The notes: a model not told the origin generated them from the sequence alone. DNA of 64,000 nucleotides from Octopus sinensis (GCF_006345805.1 NC_042997.1:169818001-169882000); one strand, 5' to 3'. Shown: positions 24,716 through 39,379, counted from the stretch's first letter. Program-made: numbers and translations.

Positions 24716-24815
24716 NNNNNNNNNNNNNNNNNNNNNNNNNNNNNNNNNNNNNNNNNNNNNNNNNNNNNNNNNNNNNNNNNNNNNNNNNNNNNNNNNNNNN
24801 NNNNNNNNNNNNNNN
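24716..24815. other. Assembly gap (100 N)
   Basis: Run of exactly 100 n; probably a placeholder of unknown size. Confidence 0.99.
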
Positions 24816-24869
24816 CGTGTGTGTGTGTCATATGTATGTACATACATATATTGTGCTTATATCTACAAG

Positions 24870-25195
24870 TGAAGGCACATGGCTGAGTGGTGAGAGTATC
24901 CAACTCATGACCGTAAGGTTCTGAGTCCAACTCCTGGTGGCACAATGTGTCCTTGAGCAAGACACTTTATTTCACATTGTTCCAGTCCACTCAGCTGGCA
25001 AAAATGAGTTGTACCTTTATTTCAAAAGGGCCAGCCTTGTCACATTTTGTTTCACTCTGAATCTCCCTGAGAACTATGCTATGGGTACATGTATCTGTGG
25101 AGTGGTCAAGCACTTTCACATTAATTTCACAAGCAGGCTGTTCTGTTGATCAGATCAACTGGAACCCTAGTCATCGCCACCAACAGAGTGCCAGT
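24870..25195 (+). mobile_element. tRNA-derived SINE of a separate family (F)
   Basis: A box tggctgagtgg, B-box-like gagtccaactcc, body gtgtccttgagcaagacactttatttcacattgttccagtccactcagctgg, unlike families A and B. Confidence 0.7.
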
Positions 25196-25257
25196 ATTTA
25201 TATATGTGCATACTAGCATGGAAAATGGGCATTAAATGATATGTGTAAATGTTTGTG

Positions 25258-25351
<94 letters not shown>

Positions 25352-26829
25352 TATATTATGTTGTATGTATATATATATATACATACACACACACCACATA
25401 TGTGTGTGTTTGTATCTATCTGTATATATATAAATGTGTATGTGCATATGTATGTACATACATATATATACACACACATGTGTGTGTGTGTCAACATCAA
25501 TCTTTGAATGACCTTCTTCCATGCTGACATGCAGATAGAACATTAAATATATTAAAAAAAATATAACAACACAGATATTGAAATATTATCTTCGAGAGAG
25601 AGAGAAAAATTATCCTTTCTATTTGTGATATTCAAATTACCACATAAGTAGAGGTGTAGAATTTTGTGCTGTGGATTGTGTTCTATAGACTCATTGTCTA
25701 GGTGAGAGGATGTGTAAGAGGAGTAATTTGATGTAGACCTGTGATGCATTGTGAGTCTTAGGAATGGTTTATTGATAGTATCTATCGGCCCTCAATCAAT
25801 TCTAGTCAATTGTAAATTGTTGGCCTGTGTTTTTTTTTTTTTCTCAGAATATTATTTCTTTTATCCAAAGGTTACTCATATTGCATGTCCTTGTTCATGT
25901 TCCTACTCACACATATGATTACTAACTTAGCATCTATCAAAAATCACTGTCTTTATTTCTGTCTCCTTTCAGTAGTTCTTATTCTTTCTAATTCAAGCCC
26001 TGCTCTGTCACCTTCTAGTGTTTTATCCCCTTTCAATTCTTCTTATTCTTTTCCTCTCATTCACAGTTTCTGTTTCTTTTTGCGTTTGTTGTTAGTTTAC
26101 AACACTTTTTTTTCCCCTGTTCATGTTGATCATTGACTTGTTTTTTTTCTTCTTGCGATAATTGTGGTCTTTTTGTCATTCAAAGACGGGCAGTTTCTTG
26201 GAGAATATGGCTGACTGACTTTGTTTCACATCTGTCTTTCCATACTGGTATGTGTTAGATGGATGCTTATTGAGATAGTGTTTTACAGCCCGATGGCCTT
26301 CCTTTACCAGTTTTTAAACTAAGGGAATTTTTATTCCACTTGTTCTCAAAAGTGCTTAGCTAGATGAGGATTTATTGAGAGGGAATGTCAACATAACATC
26401 ACTGTTTTTTGCTCAATACTTTCATGTGAGGATGCAGAATGTATACATTTACAGAGACAAATGCATACACATGTGCAGCATGCATGCAAACTCACATACA
26501 CGCACGCGCGTGTGTGTGCATGTATTACTGACACCCATCATCTCCTCCTCTTCTTCTTCCTCCTCCTCCTCAATCCACTTCTATTTCCTTCGCTTTTACT
26601 CTCAACTGATGTTCACTATTAACCATACTTTCATCTATGCTCCACTCATTATATTCACCTCTATCCCTGTCTCTAACCATTTATCTGTCTCATTTCACGT
26701 TCTCACAAACTTACCTGCTCACCTATCCTTTCCTCTTCTCTATCCTTATTCTCTCTCTTATATCCACCTATTCACCTACCCACCACTACAGTAATGATAT
26801 CCTAAAGACAAGGTCTCACATAAAAAGCA

Positions 26830-27100
26830 TTGGCACAGGTGCCATGTAAAAAGCACTAGTGCTGGTGCCATGTAAAAATCACTAGTGCTGGTGCCACATA
26901 AAAAATACTGGTGATGGGGCTACCTAAAAAGCACCTGGTACATAAATTAAATTGGTTGGTATTAAGAAGTGCCTCCAGCTGTAGAAACCAAGTCGAAACA
27001 GACTATGGAACCTGGTACTGCTTCTGGCCTTGCCAACTCCTGTAAAGCTCTCTCACCTATGCCAGCGTGGAAAATGGATGCTAAATGATGATGATGACAA
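26830..27100 (+). mobile_element. RTE 3'UTR fragment with ~25-bp internal tandem units
   Basis: About four units of gcactagtgctggtgccatgtaaaaa, then gcctccagctgtagaaacc...gcgtggaaaatggatgctaaatgatgatg tail. Confidence 0.75.
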
Positions 27101-27545
27101 CAGTCTTGTACCTTGAGAGTATACCCTCACCATCTCTTTTTCTCCCTTTTCATGTTGGGAAGCTGTGTATCTCCTCTACTGCAAGACACCTATTTCCGTC
27201 CCTCATATTTTAACCTCTTAACACCTAGCACAGAGCCATCCAACCCATCCAGCATAGACGACAGATGCTAAATGATCATGGTATACCAGGTTTCTTTACA
27301 GTTTCCTTCTATCTACTCTGTTCCCAAGTTTATTGGTCAACCCAGGGCTTCAGTAGGAGACCAAGGTGCTATGCAGTGAGATAGAACTGGAGACTATGTG
27401 GTAACAAAAGTAAACTCCATATCATCATAACTTTGTCTCTGCCAATACTTCTTTTATGTAATTATATGGCTGTGTGCATGAATATATGTATTTAAGTGTA
27501 TATATATGCACATAAACGCCTACACAAACATACACACACACACAG

Positions 27546-27597
<52 letters not shown>

Positions 27598-29113
27598 CAT
27601 ACTTGTATACAACATATACATAACTATGCCTTAGGTTAACCACCTCCTATGTCTAATTCTATTCAAATTTATGCCTTTTATCTTTGATTCACTAAAATCC
27701 AGCTTATTTATACACACACTCACATCCATATCCAAACATAAGCATTCACATTTATACACACATGTCCATACACACACTTTCTCTCTTTCTCTCTCTCTCT
27801 CTTTCCCCTCTCTCTCTCTCTCTCCTTCTCTTTCCCTCTCTCATCACTAACCAAAGCTAGACAATACTCTCCTCCCTGCAAGTTGTACCATATCCCTCTT
27901 CTACCTTCCCAAATCTTTGTACATGTATGGAACCCCTCCTTCAACAGACTTCTTATTAGCTAAAACCCCGTTTGTTCCAATTGAACCAACACAGCTAAAA
28001 CTTATAAGTAACTGTCACATTTGATATACAAATTATGTTTGACTTGACAATTAGTATTGAGTTCTACATCAGATATGGTTTTTGTTAATGTTTAACTTTC
28101 CCCCATATATGTTGAATATCTGTGCTATAAATTCATATCATATCCAGTGGTTTACTATGTATAAATGTCTTAATTTGTAATGTGGCCATTGTTATTCCTA
28201 TATTTAGTTTGTTAGAATGATGTTTTTCTTGGATGTTACTCTTATCAGAAACCTGTTTTTGTTTTTAATCAAGAATTACTATTTATAATAAGAAATTTAA
28301 AAAAAAGAAAGAAAAAGGCTAAATAAATATAAAAATAACCTAAAAATTCTGTAGGTGTGTATAAGAAAAATTGTGGGAGTGAAAAAAAAACTAATGTCTT
28401 TTACAAAAGAAAATTTGTTTCATTTAAATGATCAATGTTAATTGATTCAGATAGTATTTAAATCAATAGTAGTATTATATTTGCAAAAGGCAAATTTCAA
28501 ATGGTACTGGTTGAACCTTCTGGGGGAATGCCAGATATCGATGAAAATACATTTCAATGTATCATCATTATTCCACTCACTGGAATTATGAACTTGATCA
28601 TGAAGTTAAAGTATCAGAGCAGGATTGCTTTGCTACCGACTCATTATTTCATGTTTTAGCAGACTTTTCTTTTAATGTTTTTATATATTTTATATTTTGA
28701 TTTTGATATCATACTAAAAGTAATATCAAATGACTTAGTTCAGTTGTTTTGTTTGTTTTTACAATTACTGAGGCATTGTTTTACAGCCAGATGCCCTTCC
28801 TGCTGCCTACCCTTATCTATTTTGTCTTTTCAACTTAAGGAGTTTTCATTCCACTCATTTCAAAAGCACAGAGCAACTGGATAAGTTGTTAACAGGGAAA
28901 TGGTAATAGATGATGGTGTCCATACTACAGTGATTTTTCAGATTACCAAATATTAACATTCACACTGACACGCATATACACATACTAAATTCACTTACAA
29001 GACATTGGTTACCCCAGGGCTACAGTAGAAAATACTTATCCAAGGTGTGACACAGAGGAACAAGACCTGAAACCAAAGTTGTAAAGTGAATTTTCTTAAC
29101 CACAAACAGCCAT

Positions 29114-29519
29114 TCTCTTTTTACTTGTTTGTCATTTTGACTGCGGCCATGCTGGAGCACCGCCTTTAATTGAGCAACTTGACCACGGGACTTATTCTTT
29201 GTAAGCCTAGTACTTATTCTATCGGTCCCTTTTGCCAAACCGCTAAGTGACGGGAACATAAACTCACCAGCATCAGTTGTCAAGCAATGATAGGGGGACA
29301 AACACAGACACACAAACATACACGCACATACATATATATAAATATATACATATATACGACGGGCTTCTTTCAGTTTCTGTCTACCAAATCCACTCACAAG
29401 GCTTTGGTTGGCCCGAGGCTATAGTAGAAGACACTTGCCCAAGGTGCCACGCAGTGGGACTGAACCCGGAACCATGTGGTTGGTAAACAAGCTACTTACC
29501 ACACAGCCACTCCTGCGTC
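29114..29519 (-). mobile_element. Young full-length family A SINE
   Basis: Near-exact reverse complement of 43980-44380; CpG-rich; lies next to an older family A head (28990-29113). Confidence 0.93.
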
Positions 29520-29744
29520 ATGTCTGTATTTATTTCATAAATATAGTAAGGAAAGGTATAAACAAATTTAATACTCATTTACTAAGTGTCCAGTGTTGCT
29601 TATAAGAGTGCAGTGTACTAGGGGATGAGGGCTTATATGGTAACTAAATGTTGTATCTCCTTTGTATCAAGTATATAAACTTGTCGCTTATTCTAGTACA
29701 ACAGTAATGTCCAGAGATAAGATTTTTAAAATATCTCTTATCTT

Positions 29745-30150
29745 TTATTTGTTTCAGTCATTGGATTGTTGCCATGTTGGGACATTACCTTGAAGGGTTT
29801 TAGTTGAATCAATTGACCCTAGTATTTATTTTGCTAATTTTTTAAAGCATGATACCTATTCTATCAGTCTCTTATGCCAAACCGCTAAGATACAGGGATG
29901 CAAACAAACCAACATTGCTTGTCATGTGGTAGCAGAAGACAAACACAAAGACACACACACATATATATATATACATGCACACACACACACAGTGGGCTTC
30001 TTTCAATTTCTGTCTACTGAATCCACTTACAAGGCTCTGGTTGGCCCAGGGCTATACTTGGAGGTGTTTCCTACTCGAGGTGCCATGCAGTAGGACTAAA
30101 CCCAGAACCATATGGTTGGAAAGCGAACTTCTTACCACTCAGCAATGTTT
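29745..30150 (-). mobile_element. Family A SINE (older)
   Basis: tttgtttcagtcattgga...ctatcagtctctt.tgccaaaccgctaag...aatccacttacaaggct. Confidence 0.85.
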
Positions 30151-30909
30151 GCACTTATGTATTAATTTTCTTGTTTTCTTCATTTACGCTATTATTTTGA
30201 AAAGAAATAGGTCAATTTTTCCTCATCATAAATATATTACTTAAGGTTTCTGATAATTGCAATGGTTTCCCAACAAATCTACCCAAATAATTGAGTTCCC
30301 AAAATGAAAAATATAAAAACAGTCTCAGCATTCTAAGAATAAAAGTTCTACTATTGGAATTTTTATCTGAAATTTTTTTTTCCTTCTTTTTTCAGCTCTT
30401 ATGTGTCACTTAGAACTTGATTTTCATGTTATTTATACAGTAAAAATCAATAAATGTATTGGAAAAAATAGAAATATTATTAGACAATGGTAAACATGGG
30501 CATGCAGCGATACCATACATCTTAGTGTGTGTTATAAGTTTTAATAAATGCTAAGGTAGTCAAACCATATAAAACCATTCTGTAGTGTGTTTTCAGTCAG
30601 TCTTTATTTTCTGTTATTCATTTTATAGTCTCGTTATAAAGATTAAATATTGAAGGTTAATGGTCATATAGTTTCATTTTATTTTATCGTGTCCATTGAT
30701 ACAGTGTATATTCTAGTTAACTGCTTGTCTTAGAACTGTTATATTCCACTCTGTGATTGCTGTGTAGTGTTTACCTATCACATTTTAAATTTGCCACTTA
30801 CAACTAGTCAAGTTGCATCTAACGTACTGAATGTAGTTAACCAAAAAATGTTTATTTAATTGAAATTACACTTGTTTAGGAGGAAGAAAAATTATTAGCT
30901 TTTTATCTT

Positions 30910-31184
30910 TTATGCGTTTCGGCCATTGGGCTGCGGTCATGCTGGTGTACTGCCTTGAAAATGTTTTTTTGTTGAACAAATTGTCCCCAGTATTTAAATT
31001 TTAAGTCAAGTAGTTATTTTGTTAGTCTCTTTTATCAAGCCACTAAGTTACAGGGATGTGAACAAACCAACATTAATTGTCAAGGGGTGGAGGTGGGGGC
31101 AAACACAGTTGCAAAGAGATATATTCCGTGTGTGTGTGTGTATGTATATATATATGCATGTGTGTTTATATATATATGTATACA

Positions 31185-31217
<33 letters not shown>

Positions 31218-31415
31218 ATATATGTATACATATATGCATATATATATGTGTGTGTGTCTTTGTACCTGTATTTGTCCCCCACCCCCCATCACAGACTTCC
31301 AAGTAGTTTCCGGCCCTGGATTATACTGGAAGTTATTTGCCCAAGGTGCTATACATGGGACTAAACCCAAAATCATGTGGTTGCAAAGAGTGGACTTCTT
31401 GACAACACAGGCATG
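30910..31415 (-). mobile_element. Family A SINE with expanded internal microsatellite
   Basis: Same body, with ~130 bp of (TG)/(TA) inside. Confidence 0.8.
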
Positions 31416-33654
31416 CCTGTGTCTATATGTTTTTTGTGAGCTTTTCTTTTTTACTTTTTTGCAAAGGAAACAACTTCAAAATCCAAATTAATTAAAAACT
31501 GGATGGAGCATGCAATGGGGAGCTAGCATTATTATTTGGCAAGTATGATGACATGATAGCTCTGAACATGTTTTGGTTATATTATATTTCTTCAACTAAG
31601 CATAGTATTATATTTAACAGATGCCAAAATGATATGGTGTATTTTTTTTTTAAATTGTTGTAGATCACTACTTATATTTCTTGGATATTCTTCTGAATAG
31701 CCTTTAAAACCAAAAGTACTCTAAGGTTTACTTTTTTGTTTTTGTAGTTATTTCAGTGATTTTATGCCATTTTTGTCTATCACATTATTTTATTTTGCCT
31801 ATGCTATTACTTTGGATTATGCGTCATGTGTCAGACAATTGAGTAAGATTAGTATAGTAAACACAGAATGTAATGAGCTGAATGTTTTTGCCATGCAAGA
31901 ATGCTACTGAGAAGACACTCGACAAGATTGCAATCCTTTCCTGAAGGGCTGCATGTAACAATTGATGCAGAAATAGAGAAAGAGATAGCTTTGCTAAATA
32001 TTACTGCAGTCTGTTGTTTGTATAGTAGCAATTTATAATATTTAGATCTTGTAGATAGTTAACAGCATCTCATGAATGAATTGTTTCATGGTTATGGTGA
32101 GAAAACTAAATCTTCAGGATGCAAAATGAGTTAAGTTGAGATCGTGGAATTTCTAACAGATGGAAAGTGTTGTTAAACACTTGTCATATGAAATCTGATC
32201 TGAAATGTTTGTGTAAATCCCCAAGTTCCGTATTAGTAGCTCCATATTTGCATTTATTAAAGGAGCTCTGTTACGTTACATCTCATTAACTCTGAGTGTC
32301 ATCAAAGTTCCATTATATTCTCAATATTTATTCCATTAATGTTAATGATCCATTATCTCCAATCTCCTTTACTCATTTGCTAGGAGTATAATTTCAAATC
32401 CCTATTGACTTTAAAATGTTACAATGTGATAGCCTAAAACTTAGGATTCTTTTCTTTTAACACAATTAACTTAAATGTTCCATGTTTAATGAGAGATAAA
32501 CTCAAATGCCACTTGTCTCTAAGAAATATTACAGCATTGACCTCACTTTTTTTTAAAATATGTACTGTGCATGGTTAAAAGATTCTCTTCAATACTGATG
32601 TCAAATCCTGATAGTTTTCCTAAAACTTCATAAAAATGATTCACTTAGCTTTCCAAAAGTAAAAATTCTTGGTTTACTTTAAATCTGAACAATTCATCTT
32701 AATTATATAATGTAAATCTTAAATTTTAGTCAATTACCAAGTGCTGTTTTAATATATTTCATGACAAATCTACCTCAATTATTAATATTTTTGTTATATC
32801 CAGAAATGGAAAAATATCATCAGTTTGATTGGCAACTATAGTTTGCCAATTATAGCCAACTTAATCTTTCATCTATTTTTACTAATCTCTACTCCTCACA
32901 ATTTTTTCAAACCTACTTGAAAATTCTTATTGCATTTATCTTCTGTTTTTCGCCACCTTTTGAGTATCTCTTTTGTTATATTCAGATTATTTAGTATTGG
33001 TTTATATCACCACCAGTGTTTTAAGGATAAATTATTTTGTATCTATGTGCGATAATGACAATGTTTCACTCCAGGTCAGCTCTGATTAATTAGACTGATA
33101 ACCAGAGGCATTTTAGCCATTACCATCCCATTTTATTTTCAAGCACAGTGTGTCTAAGATAAGTGTATCTTTGGAGACCTAGTTTTTTTATGTAGGAATC
33201 TACAGAAACTACACCATTGACTGGTTTCCCCATTGATTTTTCCTGATCCACAATTAGACTTGAAGTAAACACTGTAAGCAACTGAACCACTAATTAAATC
33301 TATAAGTCTCTAGTGAACTATACCGCCTTACAATATCTACTTAAAACTAAGTGAATGTAGTTATTGAGTGTTCATTAATTTAAATCCAACATTACCACTA
33401 CCCAGGTATTCCAGTCTCTTGGCCTTGGAAACTTAAAGAGTTATGGGCACTGCACCTTCTCATCAAACTAAAATGTAAATTCTATTGAGTGACTCTGTGT
33501 GTTTGTAGTAGTAGCAGTAGTAGTCAGCGGCAGCGGCGGCGTTTAGCCACATGTAAGCCCTGACTGAGTCTACTTAGATGAAAAGCATTCTAACCATGAA
33601 TATTCTGTCTTTTCCTTTTTCTTTTTTCAACATTATGTACCTAAGACAAGGTTA

Positions 33655-34781
33655 TTAGGTTCGCTAAAAAGTTCATTTGGTTTTTGTCAACATCAAACTT
33701 CAAGCACTTCCATCTGTCCCTTGTGCATGCACACTCATTAGTTGCTTGACATTTCAATATAGTTCAATGTGAACTTGCAACAAGACAAGTTGTACTTTGT
33801 ATACTTAAAAATCACCTTGAAAACAGGGAACCAAAACAAACAAAGCACAGAAACCTGCAGAAAGATATGCACTGTGTATGGATAAGATGCAGTTATGAAA
33901 TATGTATGCCAGAAGTGGTTTTTCAAGATTTCAATCTGGAAGTTTTTCAGTTAAAGATGCAAATCAAGTGTTGAAAACCATCTGCATTAACTTGGATACA
34001 CCAGCTAGCTTAATATTCAGGTCCCACATTAGTTGAATGAGGCTAACCTCACCCTCTAGATTTCCAGCTACAGTTCATTGTAGAAATGGGGGAAAAAAAT
34101 TATTCTTATTTGGAAGAAAATGGCGACAGGGATATAAAAAACAAAACGGATCATCTATAACACTGTGAAGCACAAATGATCATGGAGAAAGCACAGCAAA
34201 CCACCACAAGCAACATGCAAAGCAGGGTTTAACCTGAAGAGAGTTATGCTTTCAATTTAGTGGGATTGGAAGGGTGTTTTCTTTTATAAGCTTCTTCCCA
34301 CAGTCAGAACCATCAATTTAGACATGTACTGTTGGTTACAATACACATTGAATTGATGATTCTGACTAGACAAATTAAATATGGTAGTCTACATCCAGCA
34401 CTTGCTAATTGTAAGAGCATTGTCTTTTATCATAACAATGCCAGACTGCACACTTTTTGCTGACATGGGTAGAAGCAACTGGGGCTTGACTATGAAGTTT
34501 TGCTGCATTCACCTTCAGATTTCCACCTATTTCAGTTTCCTCAAAATTCATTGAATGGACTGACCTTCAGTACTGAAGAATGTAAAACTTTATTTGGAAG
34601 AGTGTTTTGCGAGTTAAACAGGAAATTTTTGAGCAGGAAATAATGGATCTGCCCACAAGATGGCAGAAAATACTGAAATGTAATAGTAGTTATATCACTG
34701 ATTGAATAACTCATTTTGTACTTAAGACTTCTGCCTGATTTTCACTTTAAGAAAAATAAACAGACTTTTTGACCAACCCAA
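33655..34781 (+). mobile_element. Decayed mariner (DD34D-type) DNA transposon, 1127 bp, internally deleted
   Basis: TIRs ttaggttcgctaaaaagttc / gactttttgaccaacccaa with TA flanks. Remnant peptides ICTVYG.DAV...CQKWF, IIYNTVKHK.SW, KRVMLSI.WDWKGVFFYKLLP, IVFYHNNARLH, PSDFHLF, LPTRWQKILKCNSSYITD*. Inserted in a family D repeat. Confidence 0.9.
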
Positions 34782-35001
34782 TATATAATGTGTCCTTCCT
34801 TTTTTAAAATGTAAGGGTGTCATTTGGGGAGGATTTGACTGCTATTTCTAGTAAGTAGGTAACTCCTTAGCTCCATAACAGTGTGTAGACAGTTAGCAAA
34901 AACCTTGATGTAATCATTTGCCTGAATTTGGAGCTAAATTAGTTACATTAAATATTGCTTGTTATGGAGAAGGCGAAATAGAGTATAAACTGGCTGATTA
35001 A

Positions 35002-35171
35002 TCTTTTGATACCAACCTAGCCAATACTGCTATTGGTTCAATAATACAAACTTGCTGTTTGAAAGTGATCTAAGTGACAACAACAAAGTTATTTTAGTAA
35101 ATTCTTCATTATTTTAAAATCAAAAGGAATCAAAGGCAATGCATTTTAACAGAAATGCAGTAATAAAAGAG
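35002..35171 (-). mobile_element. piggyBac-type MITE family 2, internally deleted
   Basis: TTAA 34998-35001, tcttttgataccaacc ... gtaataaaagag, TTAA 35172-35175. Confidence 0.7.
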
Positions 35172-37039
35172 TTAATGATAAAATATTAAGTATTATAAGG
35201 TGATAGATTATTGTTTTTGTTATTTATTCATTTTGTCCCCAGATCAGATTGTTTAAACAGACCTATGATCAGACATTCTCCCTGTAACAATTTGCTCAAT
35301 GATTGTAGATAGAAGCTACAGGTAGGCTTGACAGACCTTAGTAATGTTAAGTTAGTTAAGTTAGTTTTAATGTATTTAATTTGTTCAGGAAACATAAAAA
35401 AAAAAGCTAATTAGAATTAATTACATCGTAAAGAACATAGACTAACAGTTTTTTTTTTTTTCCTTTTTTTCTCTTTCATCACCTAATTAATCTAAGTGTA
35501 ACTTTTTTGATGCTTCTCATATTGAATATGTTAACACTAACTAAACCACTGTTTTTCATACAGATGGTGTTCCTGGGTAATTTATTCTCTAAACAGACCT
35601 CAAAAAATTTATGCTAACAAGAGACACATTTGAAAGTAGAAACTTTAAATGGAAATAAGTTTGTAAACTCGCTCAAACCATACTGATTGAGATAGATAGA
35701 AATATATAATGATGGTAGGTGGTAGTATTTTAGTAAGTGATGCAGAAGTTTTGTTTTTACTGTACAAATATAATCAATGTTTAATATAAAACTTACTAAT
35801 CATTTGCAGAGGCATAAAAGTAATTAAAGACTAATTTATTTATGCTAACAAAATGTCAGCTTATCTGAACATGAAGCGAATTATATATAATTTGACATGA
35901 AAAGTGTTTGGTGAAAGATTGTGTCATTACTAGAAAATGAAATATTAAAATAATAAGAGTTTTTCAGATGATTGACTTAAAAGGGTAATATTCAACATCA
36001 AACCGAACATACTACCAATTGTTTCATGAAACAGCTGAATCTGTAGACCGTTTATTTGTTTACTATTTTGTACTTGTTTGTATTTGAGCTGACATTAAAT
36101 AGCTTTGTCTGGTTTGCAACTGATCAAAGATCAACTTATTTATTTTCTTGTTTGTTCAGTAATTTGCTATAATTTGAGCTTATGGCCATATCTGAACATA
36201 TTAATCTAGTACTTTAACCACTTACTCCTTATGTCCCTTGGTAGATTGTAATTGTAGGTCTGTGTATTGGCAGAATCATTAGAGTTTTGGATAAAATACC
36301 TTGCAATATTTAGTTGCACCTTTACATCAACTTTACCTTTCATACTTCTTGGAGTTAATAAAATATAATATCAATCTAAAGATGATGTACATTTCAATAA
36401 CGCATCTTAAGTATGAAAGGAATTATAGTAGAAGACTAAGACTAAAATCCTATTTAATCTTCAGAGGTATACAAATATGAGAAAATGCTTGTGTAAGAAA
36501 TGAAAATATTAGTTTTCTTTTATATTAATATAATATTTTTAATCTAAAGGAGGTGATGGAATGTTATAAGGATTATGTCTTTCCTGAGAGCTTTAGCACT
36601 GTTATGTTAAATCTAAATATTTGAATATCTAGTGAATAAAAATGGGTTTTAGGTTTATTAATAAACTTCAGTTTATATTAGTTATTGTTGTTTAACTCCA
36701 GGATAGCCATAATCTGGCCTGTAGGTAGTCAGCCTAGTGACTTGCTGCAATCAAGTAAGGTATCAACTCTTTATTGTTTGACCAGTGTTCCATCCATACC
36801 ACATGCTATCTCAATTTTAGGCAAAAGACATCCAATGTGTCCTTCCTTTCCCCTTTCCCATAATAAAAATGTATGGTTTGAAAGTGATTCTTTACTTTCA
36901 GTAGTTCATGCAACAGCATAGAGGGTCCTTTCTTAACTTGGTTTACATTGTTTTTGAGTCTGAGAAACAAATCCCATTACCTTTCTGATAGATATTATTT
37001 ATTTATTTTGTAATTTAACAATAGCATTGTTTCTTGAAG

Positions 37040-37440
37040 GTTTCCAACCTGCCAATCACTGGTTTATTGCATTTTTAATGGCAAGAGTGTCAAAGGAGTG
37101 TCGCTACTTTTTCAGTTTTTTACTATAAAGGCCCCTTTTGATCATGACAGCCTATGAGTTTCTGCACCTTCGAAAGTTTTCCAAGGTACAGGCCTGGCCA
37201 ACAGTTTTGGCAAGCAGACCAGTAGTTGTCCATGCATGCAACTCTCCACCTTCCATGCTACCAATAATATCCAGAAGAAAATCAATGTCAATACAGCTTG
37301 GCATTAGTGTTATTACAGGTGTTGCTCTCAAAATACAAAAAGCCAAGACAGGTGCTGCAAGGCGTCCCATTCAGTGCTTTAACAGTTCCTCCAGTCCCCT
37401 TCTTTGGGCTGATACATTTTTAGCAATCCCAAAAGGATGA
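37040..37440 (-). mobile_element. Possible CR1/L2-clade LINE 3' remnant
   Basis: Minus frame ends HAWTTTGLLAKTVGQACTLENFRR, resembling the CR1/L2 terminal WN.LP..VV.A.TL..FKR motif; weak. Confidence 0.35.
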
Positions 37441-37449
37441 AAGCCTGGA

Positions 37450-37525
37450 AGGCTCCCTTGGAGTTGATAGTGTTTGTTACCTAGGTGACCTAATTACCAA
37501 TGGAAGTGAGTGTTCTGAAAGCATA
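37450..37525 (+). mobile_element. Short RTE coding fragment
   Basis: GVDSVCYLGDLITNGSECSESIVV resembles the RTE VDSFCYLGD...GG.C.ES segment. Confidence 0.6.
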
Positions 37526-38139
37526 GTAGTCAACATGCTCTTTCCATTCATCCTCCTCTCTCCTTTCTACTCTACCATACAGTCCATATGACTAGAAATT
37601 ATATTAGATATGTCATCCTTCTGACTGTCATCCTCTCTCCATTTTACTGTGTGTCACATGTGTAGTAAGAGTTGGCATTGAATCTGTGTGTATTCTACCA
37701 CACCTCTTGCTTTCTCTTCCACTATGATGCCTTTGTATGAGTGGGTAGCATCACATCTGTTCATATCTTAAAGGCTCTATCATCAGCCTTATTGTACTGC
37801 CAATCATCACTCTTTTTCCTCCCCTTCCATCATCTCATATCTATTACCATCTATCACTTGATATTTCTTTTATGACAGCAAACATCTAGCTATTATCAAT
37901 GCCTTACTTCCACTATATTGTCACTCTCCCCAACTCCCTCATCTACTTTCTTACTCCAATTACTGTTTCTCTCATCATATTCCCTTTCCCTTCACCCACT
38001 TATCATTACTTCTCTTCTATATATATCCATTGCTCTCCATTCTACACATCTTCTTCATGTTGTGTTGAAACCTATTGAGACGCCTGTAGTATAGTGAGAA
38101 CTTGATAGCCTTGCAGAACAGAAGTGAATCTCACTAATA

Positions 38140-38480
38140 CTGGAATCATAAAGAAAAGCACCCAGTACACTCTGTGAAGTGGTTGGTAAATGTGTAAAGA
38201 CAATGCCTAGGTAAAAGGGTCCTTTAATCTTGCCAAGGACATTACAATTTCTCCGGCATTAGTGCCACAAAAAAAATGTACCCAGTACATTCTGTAAAGT
38301 AGCTGGTGTTAGAAAAAAAACATCAAGCTATAGAAACAATACCAAAGTTGAACTTACAAGCATGACATAATTCTTCGACCCGTCTAGCCAGGCAGTAACA
38401 CTGAATAAGCACTGACTCAGACTGTGATGACCTGTTCAACACATACTAGCATAGAAAGTAGATGTAAATGATGATGATAA
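38140..38480 (+). mobile_element. RTE 3'UTR fragment(s)
   Basis: aaagcacccagtacactctgtgaagtggttgg (twice) ... ctagcatagaaagtagatgtaaatgatgatg. Confidence 0.7.
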
Positions 38481-39379
38481 TAATGGTGGTGATAAATTTG
38501 TATATTTGAATACTGTTAAATAATATTTTAAACATTAGCTACTCGACTATAAAATTCATGTGGCAGCCATTATCAGTTGGACAGATTATATGAGGTGTAA
38601 AGTTTACTGTCTAAGCAAACAGTGTTAATTACGAGGTATCAAGGTCACAATGCTTTTGTCTGTAGTCCAATATCACATCCAGTAATTCTGTCTGTAGTTA
38701 AGAATGAAAATATGTAATAGAATTTTCCTGTGAAGCTATTGTTCCTCTTTTTGTGATATTAGTTATGGAGGCTTTGTGCTAGAAATCAAATGTCAGCTGT
38801 GCTTGAACAGCTAGAAATAGTAACCTTAAAATTCTACCCAACTATCTTAAAGAAAAGGATTCATTGATTAATGTAGTTCTTCATGCATCATATCTTTAAA
38901 ATAACTTGTTTACAACTGGAAGACCTTTTATTCTGTATCTGCTTGATCAGAGTTGACCTAGGGCTAAGCAACAACACTCCAACATTAGTTTTGAGCTTCC
39001 TGGTTATTAAAAGTATAGATCATGTTCATCTTTTATTTTACAATTGGTAACTGTAACCCCATAAAATTATACTGAAGACCATGGATATACCATGAATTAT
39101 ACTAAAGATCATGGATATATCATACATGTAGTACTAATTTAGGACTAAGCACAAGTTTTTAAAATGGAATGTTACAGCCAGTTATATTACTTGTACTATT
39201 TTATTAATTCTATAGAGAGGAAATTCAACTCTGCTGAGATTTCAAGTTAGAAACTAGAGAGACAAGACTAACTACTATGGGTCATTTAACCTGATGCTTT
39301 ACTTTTCTCCCAACTTACCCCACATTTCTAAAGTTGAAGGCACCTTGCTATACTCAAGAAAACCCATCCACCACAGCAG

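Noticed and set aside
26835-26940. CRISPR-like ~25-bp partly palindromic repeats
   Set aside because: The units are contiguous with no spacers, there are no cas genes, the context is eukaryotic, and they belong to the RTE 3'UTR.
28490-28650. Open frame GKFQMVLVEPSGGMPDIDENTFQ...
   Set aside because: No convincing acceptor/donor pair and no recognisable homology.
39058-39123. ~29-bp imperfect tandem duplication
   Set aside because: Only two units; an ordinary slippage duplication with no further structure.
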